Assembly: GCA_013239625.1 (NCBI GenBank)
Contig: MU053881.1
Span: forward strand, 2,604,001-2,668,000
Direction of reading: 5' to 3'
Length of the DNA stretch: 64,000 nucleotides
DNA from: Lama guanicoe
Lineage: Eukaryota
Shown here: positions 58,901 to 64,000 of the stretch, in pieces
Position numbering within the stretch: position 1 is the stretch's first letter
Layout of the letters: each line of letters begins with the position of its first letter
The notes under the pieces: generated by a model
What the model saw: the letters and a program-made list of their open reading frames with translations, nothing else
Told to the model about the DNA's origin: nothing
Databases searched by the model: none
Translations under genes and position numbers: made by a program

Positions 58901-60944
58901 CCAGGCCCACCCAGCTCTCAGCTGAGTCTCCACCCGGTACCCCAGGGCGAAGACATGTGCTGGGGCCTGGGAATGGGCCAGAGTTGGGGGCCAGCCTGTA
59001 CTGAGTCCCAGCTGGACACTTCCTAGTGCTGACCGAGGAGGCACTGGACCCCATCACGGACCACAGGCTGAACTGCTCCGGGGCTCTTCAGCCTCTTTCC
59101 TGCATAGTTACCATCCCCATCCTACAGATGAGGAAACTGAGGCCCAGGAGAGTTATGGAGCCTACTCAAAGTCAGGATGGAGCTGAGATCTGAACCCAAA
59201 CAGTTGAGTTGGAGCTCTGGGGGCCCCAGGCTCAGCCACCCTTGTCTTCACTTCTCGGGGCTTCCTGTGAAAGGGACCCAGGGAGGTGAAATGATTGCTC
59301 TAGGGGACCTGCCTCCCTTTCATCCTCAGAAGAATCCTCAGTGGGTCCAAATTGCCCAAGGCCTTGGAAGGAAGGGAGCCATCAGAACCCTGGCAATAGA
59401 CATCATTTGCCCCAAACTGCAGAAGAAACAGAGGCCTTGTGATCAGGCTGGGACTCACTCCAGGTCTGCCCAACCCAGCCCCAGTGTGCATTCCCTCTGC
59501 CCAGAGCTCCCACCCAGCTGGGGTGGGGGTGTCCCCAAAGCTCACCTTGGCTCCACCAACCCTCCTCAGTCCCTACCCCTCGCCAGGAGACGGCGCGCCC
59601 CTGCTGCAGAGCGGTGCTGTCCCTACCTGCGCCCCAGAAGGGGCCCGGGAGGCAGAGGCTGGCGCCGCGGGCACAGGTGGGCACTGTCCTGGTTTGTGGT
59701 GGTGCGGCCGGCAGACTTTGGCACCATCTCCGCCTCCCCTGAGGAATCATTAACCCTGACAGAGACCACACCTCCTGGGAAAGAATGACTCCTCAGGAGG
59801 CCCTGACAGCAGCCCAGGAGCGGGCAGGAGGGCAGGACCAAGGCGATGGACCCCAATGCCCGCAGGCCTGGAGGCCTAGGCCACAGAGCCAGGGCCTGGC
59901 AGAGAAGAGCCCAGAGGACACAGGAACCAGGTCCAGCCCCGGGGCAGGCAGGAGGTGAAAAGGATGAGGAGGGTGACGTCTGGACCCTCAGTCCTCTCCC
60001 TGCTGTAAAAGTCCTCAGTGGCAGGGGACCTGTGGGAAGGTGAGAAAGGAAATGTCAGGGGAGGGAACTAGTGAAACAGTGTAACCAGCAAACATGAGGT
60101 TTCCGCAGAGAAGCAATTATTCCCCTCTGTGGAGGCCCTCAGAGGGATCTGCCCTCCCCCGGGGCTCATCCACCCCCGGGCTGGCTTTAGGTACCAACCC
60201 AGCACCCACGGTGTCCTGGCAGAGTCCAAATCCCCAACTCCTCCTCCAGCCTCAGAGGCCCAACCATCCCCATGTCGACACAGGAGAAAGGGGTCCTAGA
60301 GTTCTTCCGGCTGGGAGGCTTAGAGAAGTCGCCGCCCCTCTCTGAGTCCTGCTGCCTGCGTCCAGACCCGGGGGTGCTAGGTCCTCCCGTGCCAGGGAAC
60401 TGCGAGGCTGGCCAGGGAGACACCCAGCCCAGATCAGGCACTCAGTGAGGCCTGAAGCATGCAAATACGCTTTCAGCTCCAGGGAAGTCCTGGGGGGGAG
60501 ATCCCTGTGCCTCCTGAGAGGAGCTGGGATCAGCATTTATTGAGTACCTACTGTGTGCTTTACATCATGGTCTCTCTGCTGCCTGACATCACCCAGGAGA
60601 GGCAGGCACTGTTATGATCACTACAGAGAAAGGTTGTGGGGCTCAGAGGGGGGAAGTGACCATAAACCAAGAATCAGCTCTGACCGCAGCACCAAGGCCC
60701 TACAATGAGGGGAGAGCCCCGCCCTGGCTCGCCTCATTTCTCCTCGCCCGATGGGGCCTCCTCCATGCTTCCCCCACCCCTGTTCTGGCTGCCCTGCAGC
60801 TCTCCTCGCTTCCCTGCTAACAACACCCAGTTTCCTTTGGGGAACCTCCTCACCTCACCCTCTCCTTATCCTGAGTGGCATGAGATGAAGCTTGGCCAGT
60901 CCAGCACAGCAACCCTCTGGCCACAGCTGCTGGTTCCCGCTTAA

Positions 60945-61295
60945 ACATGTGCACAAAGCTGGGCCAGTGAGAACCAATGGGACTCAAATAAAGGACTTTT
61001 GTTGGAACTATTGAGAATGAGAACCTCACTCCTCCCTGCTGGGATGTCTAAGCTGTAGGAATGTGACTTCCAACAGCTCTCCATCTTACAACCATGAGAG
61101 TGAAGTCTACTGAGAAATAATCTAAGGCTGAGTAGAGCAGAACTAAGAAATAGAGGCACCTGGACTCCTCATGACTTTGTGTGAGCCTCTGGATGTAGCC
61201 ATGCCTGAAGCCATCCACCACCCGACTCCTCAGTTGCTGAATTAATACACTCCTTTTTCTGCTAGGCCTGGTTGAATTGGTCTGTCCTGATAACA
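60945..61295 (-). mobile_element. MaLR (MLT1-like) LTR
   Basis: ttcaggcatggctacatccagaggctca and agatggagagctgttggaag on the minus strand. Confidence 0.5.
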
Positions 61296-61789
61296 ATCCC
61301 CCTCAAGGCAGGAAGTGCCCCTCCCTCTCCCACCCCACCCAGATGCTAAGAAAAGGGCCCAGACAGAGTTGAGGTTAGAGAGGCCAGAGTTTGAACTTGG
61401 CTTGGTCATCTCGTTGTCAAGCCTCCTGGAGTCCCCACTTCTCCCTGTAGTATGATAATGGACATCCACACCGGAGAAAATAATATTACTTGCTTCATAG
61501 GATTTTTGCGAGGATAAAATCAGATAATCGAGATACTGTTCCTGGCCTGGGGCCCGGCATGTGGCAAGGACCCCACCCACCAGTTGTCTGGGCACCCAGG
61601 GCATTGAAACCATAGTTTTCTCAGGACACATGCCCACTGTTTGTCATCATCCTGGGTGGCTCTCTTCTCCTGGCCAGGCACCACAACTGACTTACCCTTA
61701 ATATATACATGTGTTGATTAACACTATATGCCAGGCATTTTAACAGAAAGTTTATTCCCCAAACCCCCAAATTTAAAACAGATGATCAA

Positions 61790-62295
61790 AATATATATGC
61801 TGTGCATACACTGTGTTCACAGCAGTGTCATCCACAATGGCTAAAATGTGGGAGCAATCAACAGGTGTCCATCAACAGACGGATGGATAAGCAAAATGTG
61901 ACCTATCAATGCAATGGAATATTAGTCAGCCTTAAAAAGGAAGGAAGTTTTGACACATGTTACCACACAGATGAACCTTAAGGACATTATGCTGAGTGAA
62001 ACGAGCCAGTCATAAAAAGACAAAAACTGATTCCACTTATAGGAGTTACTTGGAGTAGAGAAAATCACAGGCAGAAAGGAGAATGGTAGTCACCAGGGGC
62101 TGGGGGAGGATGGAGTGGGTACAGAGTTTCAGTTTTGCAAGCTGAAATGAGTTCTGGAGGTGGATAGCAGTGATGTTCACACAACAATATGAATATACTT
62201 AATACCACTAAACTGTACATTTAAGAAAATGGTTAAGATGATAAATTTTATGTCATATATATTTCATCACAATTTTTAAGAATTGGAAAAAATAA
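61790..62295 (+). mobile_element. L1MB-like 3' end
   Basis: gtgtccatcaacagacggatggataagcaaaatgtg ... gacattatgctgagtgaa ... aaatggttaagatg. Confidence 0.8.
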
Positions 62296-64000
62296 GTGCT
62301 ACAACAAGCTTAAAAAAGTGAAGAAACCTGGATGAAGGGAAAACAAGTTAGAAAAATGAGGTGAATTTAGGCCTGAATAGAGTCCATACAATATTTAAAT
62401 ATTTGCCTTGAAGTTCTGGATAAGCGTCAGAGCTGGCCATGGAGTGGGCTGTGAGCTTCCCAGCAGGCAAGGCAAAAAGAGAAACAGGATCTGTGCTCCA
62501 TTAATTCCAGCACCCATCCAACATACATACACACATACAGAGAGAGAGAGAGACACAGAGAGAGACACAGAGACAGAGGGAGCCAGGATCTGGGGGCCAT
62601 GGTGCAATTCCTAGTACTTAAGAGGCATTTCCACTTGTGTGTCTCCAAGGATGCTGCAGGAGGCTGGACAGTACTTGACATGACTATTACAACGTAGTTG
62701 TTAAGAAATCAGGTTTAGGGTCAGGGTAGGGTTCAGTTGTAGTGGAACAAGTTACAGACTCTCTCTAAGCCTCAATTTCCTCATCTGTAAATTACAAGTA
62801 ATAGATGAAGCCTACCTCGGAAGGCGATAGTGAGGATGAAATGACGTCATGGCAAGGTGCCCAACCAGAGTGAAGGTTCAGGGAATGTTAGTTTTTGTAG
62901 TGATGTGGTGGGATCACGGGTGGCCTAAGTGGTAGGCAACTCTGCCAGGCCCCAGACCAAGGGAGCTAGCCTGGTCTCTCTGCCCAGAACCGGGCAGGGC
63001 AGACCCCAGCCTCAGCCCCTGCTCTCCCTCCCTGCTCTGACTGCTGGGGCCAACAGCTCTGAGTCACTCTCTGGCCCTCACAGGGCGTGTCCTGGTCTGC
63101 TCAGACCTTTGGACAGTATGTGGATGAGCCAGGTGTGGCCAGATGGCCTTTCTCATCTCAAGGGGCACCTGTCTGCCTGCCACAAGGCAATCTGAGAAGC
63201 TCATTGGGCTCTGGGCTGTGACGATCTAGGTGTGAGGAACAGGCCCAGGCCCAGAGTCAGCTTCAGGGTGTGGTGGGCAGCCAGGAACAAAGCAGGGATA
63301 AGAGGCCAGAATGTGGACTCAGATGACCTGGGTCATAATCCTCTCCCCAGCACTTACCAGCTGGGGGCCTCAGGCAAGGCAGTGCATCTGCCTGACCCCC
63401 AAATTCCTCATCTGTAAAATGGGTACAACAGCAGAACCCAACCCATAGGTTTGTTATAAATTTCAACTGGGTAACAAGGTAAAGCACTAGTCCAGGGCCA
63501 CTGATGGAAGGGTGTGCATGTGAGGTAGCAATTCAGATACACATGTCCTAGGTGTTTGGTTTTTTCAATTTTTGACCAGAGAAACTTTTCATTGCTTGTC
63601 TTTGCTGGCAACCTACTGTGTGCACTCACCATGTGCTCAGAAATCAATCAAGTTGGAAGGAGGTCCTCACTTGCCTCTGACCAGCTGTATGACGTCCACT
63701 GTTCTCTGAGCCGTGACTTCTTCATCTGCTAGTTGGAGCCCCACCCTCAGGGTACAGCGTCAGAGGTGCCCTGGAGAGCCTGTGCTGAATGTGGCTCTTT
63801 GCTGTGAATATGTCCAGTCCCTCCTCAGCCTTCCAATCGTCCCTCCATGTTGCACACAGCTTTGCAAAGTATAAGTTTCCTTTCTGGCTCTGTTTTACAG
63901 CTGAGAGAACAGCCCAAGAGTAGCCCTTTGGTGTCAGAGACTTGAAGCCTTCCACCTTAGAAAGAACTTAGGGACTCATGGGACCCAGCTCCTCACCTCC

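Noticed and set aside
56000..64000. Additional gene or CDHR2 exon 1 in the last 8 kb
   Set aside because: Only MIR/L2/L1/MaLR relics, low-complexity tracts and unrecognisable ORFs; no supportable exon
1..64000. CRISPR arrays, rRNA, prokaryotic or viral gene systems
   Set aside because: None seen; the window is an ordinary spliced mammalian locus

Overview
Mammalian genomic DNA, most likely a camelid given eight tRNA-Ala(AGC)-derived Vic-1-like SINEs. It carries the syntenic block SNCB (+) - GPRIN1 (+) - CDHR2 (-). SNCB: non-coding exon 1 plus 5 coding exons, 405 nt, 134 aa. GPRIN1: CpG-island non-coding exon 1 plus one coding exon, 958 aa from ATG 26465, with a conserved in-frame 41-codon extension starting at a CTG. 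CDHR2: 31 phase-consistent coding exons at 30428-55513, 3933 nt, 1310 aa; its non-coding exon 1 was not located. The rest is intron or intergenic DNA with L2, MIR, L1, MaLR/ERV LTR and hAT MITE relics and microsatellites. I see no wholly new gene system. The best leads are a Thr-to-Val change at position -2 of the CDHR2 PDZ-binding tail, a CTG/uORF architecture at the GPRIN1 start, two near-consensus REST/RE1 sites (one inside an L2 relic), two GC-AG introns in CDHR2, and closely spaced tail-to-tail poly(A) signals of GPRIN1 and CDHR2. All comparisons to human or mouse proteins and repeat consensuses are from memory and need checking by alignment.
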